The notes beneath the pieces are model-generated. The model did not search any database, was not told the origin of the DNA, and was given only the letters and a program-made list of their open reading frames with translations. Made by a program: the position numbers and the translations under genes. Shown one piece after another: positions 34,981 through 44,085 of a stretch of DNA of 64,000 nt (position 1 is its first letter; the number at the start of each line of letters is the position of its first letter). This stretch comes from an uncultured candidate division WWE3 bacterium (GTDB lineage Bacteria; Patescibacteriota; WWE3; UBA101185; UBA10185): the NCBI GenBank assembly GCA_903879985.1, contig CAIRNR010000004.1, forward strand, positions 96,762 to 160,761. The letters run 5' to 3'.

Positions 34981-35397
34981 TTAGGCTTTATTGGTGATGT
35001 TAGCCAAGAAATCCAGGTACCACTTTTGTAACTCGTTTCCCTGGGCATCTTTACCTGAAAACAAGGCTGTGTTGGCAACGTCAGCTAATTGCTTAACGCT
35101 GTCGGGATTGTTACGATCGAATGTGTCCGGGTCGTATCCAAGCGCACTGAACAATCTTCGCTGGGCCGTGGCGTCGAGTGTAACTTTGCCGGGTTTTATG
35201 GTTACGCCCTCAAACTGACATTCAGGTTTAAAACCATGTTCTGCGAGCCAACTAAGAGCCTGTTGAATTTTGTTGGCCTGCGTTACACCAATGATTCCCT
35301 CATTTTGATCCCTAACGATAACCGCGGCACAAATGGAACAAGCCATCTGTTCCATGAGCATAGGATTAACGCGTTGTCCTACAAGTATTTGGTACAT
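34981..35397 (-). CDS. hypothetical protein (GC-elevated islet)
   Basis: ATG at 35397 with an AAAGGAG SD. The ORF track's TTG-initiated extension is an overcall. Composition is visibly more GC-rich than the flanking genes. Confidence 0.4.
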   Translation of the reverse strand: MYQILVGQRVNPMLMEQMACSICAAVIVRDQNEGIIGVTQANKIQQALSWLAEHGFKPECQFEGVTIKPGKVTLDATAQRRLFSALGYDPDTFDRNNPDSVKQLADVANTALFSGKDAQGNELQKWYLDFLANITNKA

Positions 35398-35603
35398 CTT
35401 GCGCTCCTTTAACCTGCAATAACTTTTGCGTTTGGAAAGCCATGTTCCTTGAGCCAGGCGATTGCTTTTGCCGGTTCTTTGGTTTCGACAATCATTGTAC
35501 CGGTATCCGAATTTGTGATGCGCGTATAACGTTGAGCGCAGCAGCGAATACAGCAGACATAAGCGTAGGAAGTTTTCCTCCAGCCTCAATGACTACTTCG
35601 TCT
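35398..35603 (-). pseudogene. frameshifted small gene remnant
   Basis: Two short overlapping frames (MNEDEVVIEAGGKLPTLMSAVFAAALNVIRASQIRIPVQ* and MIVETKEPAKAIAWLKEHGFPNAKVIAG*) joined at an ATGA overlap. Looks like one gene split by a frameshift. Confidence 0.3.
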
Positions 35604-35837
35604 TCATTCATAACGAACCCCGTTTCTGGAAACCATATTTGCCGTTAAGCCGTTAGCCAAGAACCAATTTTCTGCCGTCTCGATGCTTTTAGCATAAAAC
35701 GAAATCGTTCTTGCGCCGGCGTGTTGAAAGATTGCACCTCTTTCCACAACAAGCGCAAAAGCCTTGAGCTCTTCATTTGAGAGCATGCGATTAAGCGAAA
35801 ACACAAATAAAAGCTTTCGTGTTGCTTTTTTAGCCAT
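35604..35837 (-). CDS. hypothetical small protein (GC-elevated islet)
   Basis: 77-aa ORF, first in the islet's small-gene string. Confidence 0.35.
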   Translation of the reverse strand: MAKKATRKLLFVFSLNRMLSNEELKAFALVVERGAIFQHAGARTISFYAKSIETAENWFLANGLTANMVSRNGVRYE

Positions 35838-35899
35838 TTACTCCTCCTTATATTTATAAGATTTTACGAGATTATACTACTTGGGTTACAAAAAGTTTA

Positions 35900-35922
35900 T
35901 CTGGTGCGCCTGGAGGGAATCG
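35900..35922. repeat. 23-bp direct repeat copy of the tRNA-Arg 3' end (att-like)
   Basis: TCTGGTGCGCCTGGAGGGAATCG is identical to 36042..36064, which is the T-loop 3' half, acceptor 3' strand and CCA of tRNA-Arg. The copies are separated by a 119-bp GC-rich spacer. Confidence 0.6.
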
Positions 35923-36043
35923 GTCACCGGTTCTCGCTTGCTAGCTCGTCCGTCGACCCCGCCTCAGTCGCCTTCGCTCCTTGCGGCTTTCTCATCCCCT
36001 GGCGAAGACAGCTAGCTACCACCTTCGGTGATATCTACCTGTC

Positions 36044-36119
36044 TGGTGCGCCTGGAGGGAATCGAACCCCCAATGACTTGTTCCGAAGACAAGTGCCTTA
36101 TCCGTTAGGCCACAGGCGC
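36044..36119 (-). tRNA. tRNA-Arg (anticodon UCG)
   Basis: GCGCCTGTGGCCTAACGGATAAGGCACTTGTCTTCGGAACAAGTCATTGGGGGTTCGATTCCCTCCAGGCGCACCA. Confidence 0.8.
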
Positions 36120-36202
36120 ATAATTTAAATTACATACTAACTAACGTCACCATTATACACGTCAAACTAACACGCTAGCTACATACATGCTAAAATAATG
36201 CC

Positions 36203-36637
36203 ATGGAAAAGTTCAAAAAGATTTTGCCAATTATCTACGTTTTAACGTTGGTTTTAGGCGGACTTTATATAAATTCCGTACTTAAAGAGGGAAACCTAAC
36301 AGTAGGTACCAAGTCCAAACAAACCCAAGAAGAAGCGCACCCCGCGGTAGCGTATCTTGACGTAGAAGACGGTAAATCTGTAGTTACATACCGCGTACGC
36401 ATGGAAACTATCAATACAGTAAACGATTTATTGTTACAGCTACATGATAAAAATGGTTTTATGTTCGAGAAAATATCTTATACCTCGGGTACAGTTATAG
36501 ACTTAGTAAATGGAAAAACTGCCCCACAAGGTTACGCATGGAAACTATTTATTGGTGACAAAGACATTACCGGAAATATAGAAAACACTGACTTGATAGA
36601 CGAACAACATTACACTCTTAAACTACTCAAATCTTAA
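36203..36637 (+). CDS. hypothetical secreted/membrane-anchored protein
   Basis: N-terminal TM or signal (ILPIIYVLTLVLGGLYINSVL). Confidence 0.4.
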   Translation: MEKFKKILPIIYVLTLVLGGLYINSVLKEGNLTVGTKSKQTQEEAHPAVAYLDVEDGKSVVTYRVRMETINTVNDLLLQLHDKNGFMFEKISYTSGTVIDLVNGKTAPQGYAWKLFIGDKDITGNIENTDLIDEQHYTLKLLKS

Positions 36638-37801
36638 AGCTTCTATTGGATCTTTTTTACTAGCGTTAACGGCAGGATAAGTTCCGAACACCACACCAAC
36701 GGTTAACGAGAACCCCAAGGCCAATACAATAGCCCACCACGGCACTTCCGCCCGGACAAACGACTGGACTGCAAAGGTGGCTAACCAACCTAATCCTAAA
36801 CCAACCAGGCCGCCTAAAACGCTTAACAAAACTGACTCAATAACAAACTGTAAACCAATATTTCCAGACGTTGCTCCAAGTGCCTTTCTTAAACCAATTT
36901 CCCGCGTACGTTCGGTTACGGAAACAAGCATGATATTCATAATACCTATGCCTCCTACCAACAACGAGATTCCGGCAATAGCTCCCAAACCAACCGAAAC
37001 CATGCTCAAGATATTATTGATAGAAGTTAAAATATCTTTGGAAGAAAACACGGTAAAGTCATCTTTTTTTAAATCTTTCATTAAAATAAGTTCAGTTTCT
37101 TTAATAACTGTATCAACATCTCCGGCATTTTTTGTTTTTAAAACGATGCTACTTATATTTGTAAGGTTAAAGGCATTTTCTGTGGTTTTAATCGGCATGT
37201 AAATACGATCGTCAAAACTGCTTCCCTTAGACGCAACAGTACCAATGACTTGAAACGTTTCTTTTTCTACTTTAATTCTTTCGCCAATCGGACTTCGTGT
37301 ACCAAAAAGTTGCTTAACTACTTCAGATCCAAGTACGACAACACGCGCTTTAGCAGTATCTTCAGCATCTGTATAAAATCTACCTTTATCTACATTTAAT
37401 GCCCCTATATCAACTACAGACTGCGTAGTTCCAAAAATTGTAGATAGATAAGTTTTTGTTTTATATGTAGCATCTTTGGATAAACGTATTGATGGTGCGA
37501 TTGCTAAAACTTTATCGCTGGAGTTTAACTTAAGCAGGTCGTAATGTTTGTTTTCAAGTTTATTACTCGAATAAGCTTTGGAAGGATCGCCGGTTGTAAT
37601 TCCACCGGGACCTACAATTACTGTATTGGAACCTAATGCGCTAAATTGATCGGTGATGTAATTTTGAAAACCTTGAACTACTGAAACCAACGTAACAACA
37701 GAAAACACACCAATAATAACGCCGAGCATTGTTAAAAATGAACGTGCTTTATTTAAAAGTAATGCATTAATTGCTGTTTTTAGAGTTTCAAGTAGGTGCA
37801 T
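36623..37801 (-). CDS. ABC transporter permease, MacB/FtsX family
   Basis: N-terminal TM, large periplasmic domain and a C-terminal FtsX-like 3-TM bundle (..REIGLRKALGATSGNI..). Confidence 0.8.
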   Translation of the reverse strand: MHLLETLKTAINALLLNKARSFLTMLGVIIGVFSVVTLVSVVQGFQNYITDQFSALGSNTVIVGPGGITTGDPSKAYSSNKLENKHYDLLKLNSSDKVLAIAPSIRLSKDATYKTKTYLSTIFGTTQSVVDIGALNVDKGRFYTDAEDTAKARVVVLGSEVVKQLFGTRSPIGERIKVEKETFQVIGTVASKGSSFDDRIYMPIKTTENAFNLTNISSIVLKTKNAGDVDTVIKETELILMKDLKKDDFTVFSSKDILTSINNILSMVSVGLGAIAGISLLVGGIGIMNIMLVSVTERTREIGLRKALGATSGNIGLQFVIESVLLSVLGGLVGLGLGWLATFAVQSFVRAEVPWWAIVLALGFSLTVGVVFGTYPAVNASKKDPIEALRFE

Positions 37802-37819
37802 ATAAGTTAATAAGGCTAC

Positions 37820-38494
37820 TTAATTTTCAACTACACAACCATCGTGCATAACTATTCGGCGTTGCGCGATTTTAGCTAAGTCTTCATCGTGAGTAACAAG
37901 AATAATAGTTTTACCCTGGGCGTTTAAATCCAAAAACTTTTTAACTATTTCGTCGCCTGTTTTCGAATCCAAATTTCCAGTAGGTTCGTCTGCCATTATT
38001 AGTGCCGGATCATTAACAAGCGCACGTGCAATTGCCACGCGTTGTTTTTGTCCACCAGAAAGTTCATTTGATTTATTGTGAATACGATTTTCCAAACCTA
38101 CCAACTTAATCATTTCCATAGTTTTGTCCATCCATTTTGACGCTGGAACATTGCTGTATTTTAGTGGGAGCATTACGTTGTCCAACACACTGGTACGCTG
38201 TAAAAGATTAAATGATTGAAAAACAAAACCGATTTCGTTGTTTCTAACTTTTGCTAATTGCTTTTCCTTAAGTCCTTTTGTGTTTGTTCCGTTAATAATT
38301 ACTTCTCCGGAGCTTGGCGTGTCTAGTAAACCTAAAATATGCATCAATGTGGATTTACCTGATCCCGACTTTCCTACAATCGCCACAAACTCTCCCTGAT
38401 TAATCAAAACAGACACACCTTTTAAGGCTTCTATTCTTTCTTCGCCTAAATCATATATTTTGTATACTTCTGTTGCTTGAATTATTGCTGACAT
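37820..38494 (-). CDS. ABC transporter ATP-binding protein (MacB/LolD-like)
   Basis: Walker A GKSGSGKST, signature LSGGQKQRVAIARAL, Walker B IMADEPTGNLD. Confidence 0.85.
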   Translation of the reverse strand: MSAIIQATEVYKIYDLGEERIEALKGVSVLINQGEFVAIVGKSGSGKSTLMHILGLLDTPSSGEVIINGTNTKGLKEKQLAKVRNNEIGFVFQSFNLLQRTSVLDNVMLPLKYSNVPASKWMDKTMEMIKLVGLENRIHNKSNELSGGQKQRVAIARALVNDPALIMADEPTGNLDSKTGDEIVKKFLDLNAQGKTIILVTHDEDLAKIAQRRIVMHDGCVVEN

Positions 38495-38510
38495 TTGATT
38501 TAACCTAATC

Positions 38511-39572
38511 CTAGTTTAGTATTTGCGCGTTATAACCATCATCGATTTTTGCGTCTTTTTGTGGCACAACAATTTGCTCGCTGATTGGAGTCTTAACTTC
38601 GGTATAAACATCGCCTTCTAAACCGGTTTCAATATATTGTTTGTACAATTTTTTATTTCTTACGACCCAAACGTATGGTTTTTGATCAATATCAAAGAAT
38701 ATTTCATCGGCCGTAAGAGCACTAACTTCCGTTTGAGTTGTTTGCAAAATTATGTAAGCATCACCGGTCATACCAAGCTTAATAGAATGTGCAGAATCTG
38801 GTGTAACGTTGATTTTAACTACAAAGTTATCAGTGGTTGAATCTGCGTATAAAGGTAAGGTGTTAACTTTTCCTTTAAAAGAAAATCCAACAAAAGAATC
38901 CAGCTTAACATCAACGTCTTGACCTTCTTTAAGCAAGCCATAGTCTTCCTGACCAACTTGAATTTCAAACATGACATCATTAAGATCGGCTAACTTAACA
39001 ATTGTTTCACCAGCTCCTGCAGTTTCGCCAGGGTCTTTTAATACGTCGACAATAGTTCCATCAAATGGCGCGTACAAAGATGAGTTACCAAGTAAAGCTT
39101 GTTGAGCATTATATGTTGCGTTTGCTTGAGCAACTTGCTCATTTAATTGGCGCAATTTATTTTGATAAGGTGTTTCACCTTTAAGGGCATCAACATTTTG
39201 AGCTTTTTGGTAAATAAACAGTTCACGTTGTCTCTCTAAAATATCTTTTGCACTTTTATATGCTTCAATAGTTTGAGATAGTGACGACGTGTCTAGGTAT
39301 GCAAGAGTTTGACCACGCGTAACTGTATCGCCTTTTTTTACATACACTTGTGAAATCTTACCCATTCCAGGAAATGACATATCCGATTGATTATTTGATT
39401 TTATAGTTCCACTAGCAGAAACCGTTCTTGTAACAACTTTGTTCTCTAGTTGAACCTTTGAAACTATTGTTGTAAGACTTTTTGGTTTAATAAAAAAGAA
39501 CCAGACTACAAAAGCAACAAGAATAATGGGTATGATTTTAAGTAATAATTTCCAAACGTTAAATTTCTTCAT
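38511..39572 (-). CDS. HlyD/MacA-family periplasmic adaptor (membrane fusion protein)
   Basis: N-terminal TM, a coiled-coil hairpin region and beta-barrel/lipoyl-like segments. Sits in an operon with the ABC ATPase and permease. Confidence 0.7.
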   Translation of the reverse strand: MKKFNVWKLLLKIIPIILVAFVVWFFFIKPKSLTTIVSKVQLENKVVTRTVSASGTIKSNNQSDMSFPGMGKISQVYVKKGDTVTRGQTLAYLDTSSLSQTIEAYKSAKDILERQRELFIYQKAQNVDALKGETPYQNKLRQLNEQVAQANATYNAQQALLGNSSLYAPFDGTIVDVLKDPGETAGAGETIVKLADLNDVMFEIQVGQEDYGLLKEGQDVDVKLDSFVGFSFKGKVNTLPLYADSTTDNFVVKINVTPDSAHSIKLGMTGDAYIILQTTQTEVSALTADEIFFDIDQKPYVWVVRNKKLYKQYIETGLEGDVYTEVKTPISEQIVVPQKDAKIDDGYNAQILN

Positions 39573-39593
39573 ATTAAGTGATATTATTTTAGC

Positions 39594-39968
39594 ATGATTA
39601 ATATTTTTAAGTCACATCATCCTGTCCGACATGCCAAGAGTTTTAAATATGCTTTTGCAGGTATTTTTCATGCATTAATAAACGAACCTAATTTTAGGGT
39701 TGAGGTCGTTATAGTGTCGATAGTTGTAGCTGCGGGTTTGCGTGTGGGTCTATCAAACTTAGAATGGGCGATAATTGTTATTACAATGGGTTGGCTACTC
39801 TCAGCAGAAATGATTAATACCGTTGTTGAAGAAACGGTTGATGCATTTGTTCAAGAATTTCACGAAGCTGCAAAGATTATAAAGGATTTAGCTGCGGGTT
39901 ATGTGTTAATAACAGCATTTGTATCAGGATTCGTGATGCTTTTTATATTTTTTCCACACCTTTGGTAA
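39594..39968 (+). CDS. dgkA: DgkA-family lipid kinase (diacylglycerol/undecaprenol kinase)
   Basis: EPNFRVE..MINTVVEETVD..AAKIIKDLAAG matches the prokaryotic DAGK core (E..N..E..VD, AK..KD). Confidence 0.65.
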   Translation: MINIFKSHHPVRHAKSFKYAFAGIFHALINEPNFRVEVVIVSIVVAAGLRVGLSNLEWAIIVITMGWLLSAEMINTVVEETVDAFVQEFHEAAKIIKDLAAGYVLITAFVSGFVMLFIFFPHLW

Positions 39969-40454
39969 AAATCTATCTGCGCAAATCAACAAAGTAAGAT
40001 ATAATCCGCCAAAAAAATATCCTGCTATAACATCCTGAACGTAATGTGCACCAACAAGCACACGAGATATTCCAACCAATGACACAAAATATATGCACAC
40101 AAGTCGCATAAGAGTTATTACCCAATAATTTACCTTTTTAAGTTTAAAAGTTAAGTAAAATACGAATCCCCAGAAAGCCGTATAAAAAACTACATGAGAA
40201 CTTGGAAAACTGTACATATCTCCCAACAAATATGGATTGTAATGAAACATCGGTGGGCGAGGTTCTTTAAAGATTAGTTTTAAAACCGTGGCGTATATAC
40301 CACTGGCAACTGAAAACAATAAAATAAAACCCTCACGAATATACTTTTCCTCTACTAAAAATAGAAAAAGGGCTAACGTTACAACTATTGGCAAAATTCT
40401 ACTGTCACCATAGTCACTAACTATTTTTATTTGATTGATAATAAAGGCAGACAT
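39924..40454 (-). CDS. PAP2-family lipid phosphatase
   Basis: KEPRPPMFH (KxxxxxxRP), PSSH (PSGH) and RVLVGAHYVQDV (SRxxxxxHxxxD) motifs. Confidence 0.65.
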   Translation of the reverse strand: MSAFIINQIKIVSDYGDSRILPIVVTLALFLFLVEEKYIREGFILLFSVASGIYATVLKLIFKEPRPPMFHYNPYLLGDMYSFPSSHVVFYTAFWGFVFYLTFKLKKVNYWVITLMRLVCIYFVSLVGISRVLVGAHYVQDVIAGYFFGGLYLTLLICADRFLPKVWKKYKKHHES

Positions 40455-40466
40455 CGGTTATATTAG

Positions 40467-42032
40467 CTAAAAACCTTGATCTTTAACTTCGGCTAATGTT
40501 CCGGTTTTCATTTGATAAATTCTTACCATTGCTACACCATCACGGGAAAAAGTATAGACTGGGTCATATTTTGAAGCCCAATAAAAGGCTTTATCGCTGG
40601 AAATAATGTCAGTATGACTTTGAGGGTTATTTATGTAAACATAAAACCCTGCTAAAGTTCCGTCTTTTTGTAAAGGTATAAAGTATCTGGTTATTGCCTC
40701 GCGCTCATTAGTTGTATAGGCAGTAACCTCAGGATGTGATGCAACAAAAGATTTAATACCATCCCAATTCCTATAATATGGAAAACCAAACAAACTTAAG
40801 TTATAAACGGGAGTTGGTTCAGGAAAATTCCAGATCAAAAACTTTTCTTGTGTCCACGGATACTCCTGAGAGTGATCGTCGAAAATAGCGTAAGCCTGAG
40901 CGGAAACAAACATAAAGATAGCAAATATGCCTAACATAAATATTATGTAAGCTGGTAACTTAGGTAAAACTTTAAAAATAACTTTTTCAATAAACAAAAC
41001 TCCCAATCCCATGATAACCATCAAAGGAATAATGTACGTGTAAATATGAGTTCCGGGAATAGAAATTAATTTTTCCATAAAGATGGCTGGAAGTGCCATC
41101 CAGGCAACAACTGCAATTACTGTATTTCTAAATCCAGAACTAAACTTAAAAGGTTCAAGTTTTTTAAAACGAATAAACTGCAGTGACAGAAAAAACGCGC
41201 CTAGTGCTAACAAAGCTGTATAAATATGAACTACGTAAATAGGCTGGTAAACTACAAACAAATATTTCGAACTTGATAACTTAGTATTAGCAGAACCTGT
41301 AACACGTCCCATCCAGTAATCTTTTGTAGCCTGTGAAAGTGTAAGTACAAAAGGAACGTAAAATGCCAACAACATTGCTCCGCTAATAGCCAAAGATATT
41401 ATTAAATGTTTCAAAAGTGATTTGTTCTCTTTCCACCACTTAAATAAAACGTAAAGAGCTAAGGGTGCAATAAAAACTCCGTCGTAATGAGAAAGTAATG
41501 AAATAGCCCAGAATATAAAACCCAAATAAATTCCGGAAATCTTAAACTTGTCCTCTTTCCAAGCCAATACAAACATATAAAGTGACAAAATCATAAATAC
41601 GATCGCTAAGGATTGATACTGAACTATTCTGGAAAAAGCGATTAAAAAACCGTTGGTAGCAAAGAAAAACGATGCATAAAAAGCAACACGTTCGTTCGTA
41701 AGTTTTTGAACTAATTTATAAAATGCCCAAACAGCAACAATACCCGCGATTGCAAAAGGCAGGCGTATTAAAAATCGGTTAGTGTAGTCGGCATTAATGA
41801 ATTTAAGCAAATAAGTAACAAAAAACTGAAGCGGCCCTTTGCGTTGATCCATTAAAAAACTAAAAAAGTTTTGACCTGGATCTGGGTAATACAAGGCTTT
41901 AATCTCATCTCCCTGATAATCGGAATAACCCAAGTTGTACAATCTTAAAAAAGTTGAAAGCAGAAGAATAGATAATAGGGGCAAACTTACTTTTTTGAAA
42001 TAAGAGAACATATTGGAATTATTATAAACCAT
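40467..42032 (-). CDS. GT-C family glycosyltransferase (PMT/ArnT-like dolichyl/undecaprenyl-phosphate-sugar transferase)
   Basis: More than 12 TM helices with an N-terminal loop DE motif (YQGDEIKALYY). Overall ArnT/PMT_2 topology. Confidence 0.55.
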   Translation of the reverse strand: MVYNNSNMFSYFKKVSLPLLSILLLSTFLRLYNLGYSDYQGDEIKALYYPDPGQNFFSFLMDQRKGPLQFFVTYLLKFINADYTNRFLIRLPFAIAGIVAVWAFYKLVQKLTNERVAFYASFFFATNGFLIAFSRIVQYQSLAIVFMILSLYMFVLAWKEDKFKISGIYLGFIFWAISLLSHYDGVFIAPLALYVLFKWWKENKSLLKHLIISLAISGAMLLAFYVPFVLTLSQATKDYWMGRVTGSANTKLSSSKYLFVVYQPIYVVHIYTALLALGAFFLSLQFIRFKKLEPFKFSSGFRNTVIAVVAWMALPAIFMEKLISIPGTHIYTYIIPLMVIMGLGVLFIEKVIFKVLPKLPAYIIFMLGIFAIFMFVSAQAYAIFDDHSQEYPWTQEKFLIWNFPEPTPVYNLSLFGFPYYRNWDGIKSFVASHPEVTAYTTNEREAITRYFIPLQKDGTLAGFYVYINNPQSHTDIISSDKAFYWASKYDPVYTFSRDGVAMVRIYQMKTGTLAEVKDQGF

Positions 42033-44085
42033 ATACGTGGAGTTCGTTCATGGCACGAGTAACAGCAACAAAAGCTTTGCGCGCGGTATCAATGTTTTTT
42101 ACTTTATCCAAATTTAGGTCAAGAATATAAACCTTGGCAAATTCCAAACCCTTACAGTCCTCACTTCGCATAAGGTAAATTCCCTTTGGTATATAACGAA
42201 TTCGGGTTGTGCTATCAAGGCGTAACACCTGTTCATTGTCTAAACCCAGCCCTTCTGTAATTTTAGTGGCTTCCTCAAACAATTCGTCGTCTAAGCTAAT
42301 TACACCAATACTTTTATTTAAGTCTTTGGCGTCAGTTTCAATTTCTTTTTTAAATTTGGCCATTAACTCTTCTTTGGATTTAAATTTTTCAATAACAGGT
42401 TCTTCACCTTTTCGGTTAATAGACTTTGGCAAATATTTAGAAGTATATGGGCTCAATATTTTGCAGGCCAATTCGATTATTGGACGCGTACTTCTATAGT
42501 TAGTGTCAAGTTCAAACGTAGAAGCATTCTTTGCTTCCTGAATAACAGTTGTAATTTCTTCCCATTTGTCGATGCCATCTTGTTCAACCGACTGATTTAA
42601 GTCACCGAAAATAGCAAATCTTCCGCGCATAACAATTTTACTTAAAAACAAATATTCCAACACGCTAAAGTCTTGGCCTTCATCTGCCACGCAATATTCA
42701 TACTTTGGGAATTTGGTTATACCAACTAATTCTGTGTAGGCTGCTAAATATAATAATGTTTCTAAGTAGCCCATTTGTCGTTTGGTATTTAGTTTCATGT
42801 CACGTATTAACGTTGGCAAAGCCTTTTGTTTTATTTGTGTGCGCAAATCACCTAATCTTTTTACCAATGAACGAATGGTTTTTATGTTTTCTTTATACAA
42901 ATACGCTTTAATAGAACCAGAACTTACTTCCTTTAACATATCTTTTTGCATAATTAACTCTTCTTCAATATCGTTTGTGGCCTCGTTTAAATTCTCGTAT
43001 GGAGTTGCTGTTTCAATATATTTAAAACCACCAAATGACGCATATTCAGGATTAGAAAAGATGTCGCTAATTTTATTTCGATAAACGTCGTGAATTTGCT
43101 GAACTTTTTTAGTGAACTCTTTTATTTTTGCCATATCAAATACTGTTGTGTCTTGCCCCTTGTTTAAATCCATTTGGATATCAAGTTCTTCTCTAAAAAC
43201 AATATGAACAATAAGTTCGCGCAAAGTTTTGTAGTTAATGTCAAAAATTCCAAGTTTTGGAAAAAGCGTAGAAAGATAGCCAACTAGTATTTGATTTTTT
43301 GCTACCAAAATAGAGCGTTCCGGATGAATTAATGTTGGATAGTTAAAAAATATATGTGCCAGTTTGTGAATAGCAACTGTACTTTTTCCACTACCAACAC
43401 AACCTTGAACAATACAAACTTGTCGTGGATCGGCTTCGATAATGTCCATTTGTGAAATCTGAATTGTTTCAATAATATCTTCCAAAACACCGCCGGTTCT
43501 ACTTTGAATTTTTTCAATGATAATTTCGTTTTCATCAAGTTGAATATCATTGTTATAAAACTTTACTAATTCTGCATTTTCAACTTCATAAGTTCGCTTT
43601 AATGTTAAATCGCGTTTTTGCATGCCGTCAGGAGTATCGTACATAACGTCTTTTTGAGGGTAGCGGTAGCGGTAATAAACAGTAGCAACCTTTGCGCGCC
43701 AGTCTATAACAACAGGCTCTTTTTCGGTGTAACCAAACTTACCAATATAAAAAGGTCGATTAACTTTATCGGCAGCATCCTTTAAATCAATTCGGGCAAA
43801 GTAAGGTTCCTTCATCAAAAAATCCAACTCTTCCATACGTTTAAATCTATCTTTTAAGTTGAGTGATTGGTTTTTATCGTGAAGTTGCTCTAAAAATATT
43901 TCAAAATCAGCGCCGTACTCAGTTTCGCGAAGCTCTTTTAGACGATCTAGGTTAGTGTCGCCTACAGCAATAAGGCCTTCTTCAAGAGTCGCCTTTGCAA
44001 GTTTGATCTTAGTAACAACTTTTTCTAAATGTTGTCGTTCTTCCTTTAAAATTTCGTCCATTCTATTTAAAATCCTTTTTAGCAA
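42022..44085 (-). CDS. UvrD/Rep-family SF1 helicase, HelD-like
   Basis: Walker A GCVGSGKST, motif II CVADEGQDFS, motif IV FELDTNYRSTRPI, motif VI VAVTRAMNELHVYG. The N-terminal ~200-aa non-helicase extension is as in HelD. Confidence 0.7.
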   Translation of the reverse strand: MLKRILNRMDEILKEERQHLEKVVTKIKLAKATLEEGLIAVGDTNLDRLKELRETEYGADFEIFLEQLHDKNQSLNLKDRFKRMEELDFLMKEPYFARIDLKDAADKVNRPFYIGKFGYTEKEPVVIDWRAKVATVYYRYRYPQKDVMYDTPDGMQKRDLTLKRTYEVENAELVKFYNNDIQLDENEIIIEKIQSRTGGVLEDIIETIQISQMDIIEADPRQVCIVQGCVGSGKSTVAIHKLAHIFFNYPTLIHPERSILVAKNQILVGYLSTLFPKLGIFDINYKTLRELIVHIVFREELDIQMDLNKGQDTTVFDMAKIKEFTKKVQQIHDVYRNKISDIFSNPEYASFGGFKYIETATPYENLNEATNDIEEELIMQKDMLKEVSSGSIKAYLYKENIKTIRSLVKRLGDLRTQIKQKALPTLIRDMKLNTKRQMGYLETLLYLAAYTELVGITKFPKYEYCVADEGQDFSVLEYLFLSKIVMRGRFAIFGDLNQSVEQDGIDKWEEITTVIQEAKNASTFELDTNYRSTRPIIELACKILSPYTSKYLPKSINRKGEEPVIEKFKSKEELMAKFKKEIETDAKDLNKSIGVISLDDELFEEATKITEGLGLDNEQVLRLDSTTRIRYIPKGIYLMRSEDCKGLEFAKVYILDLNLDKVKNIDTARKAFVAVTRAMNELHVYGL

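Noticed and set aside
34981-35589. 202-aa ORF as listed in the track
   Set aside because: The listed start is a TTG far upstream. An internal ATG (35397) with a canonical AAAGGAG SD is the more plausible start. The upstream part overlaps a separate frameshifted small gene.
35923-36041. 119-bp GC-rich spacer between the tRNA-Arg 3'-end repeats considered as an SRP RNA or tmRNA fragment
   Set aside because: It lacks the SRP domain IV GNRA/AGCAG motifs. The repeated tRNA 3' end cannot form a T-arm with the preceding sequence, as would be needed for a tmRNA tRNA-like domain. An att scar is the simpler explanation.
35904-36128. 74-aa plus-strand ORF
   Set aside because: Covers tRNA-Arg and its GC-rich att-like spacer antisense, so it is spurious.
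36777-37202. 141-aa plus-strand ORF
   Set aside because: Lies antisense inside the FtsX/MacB permease gene.
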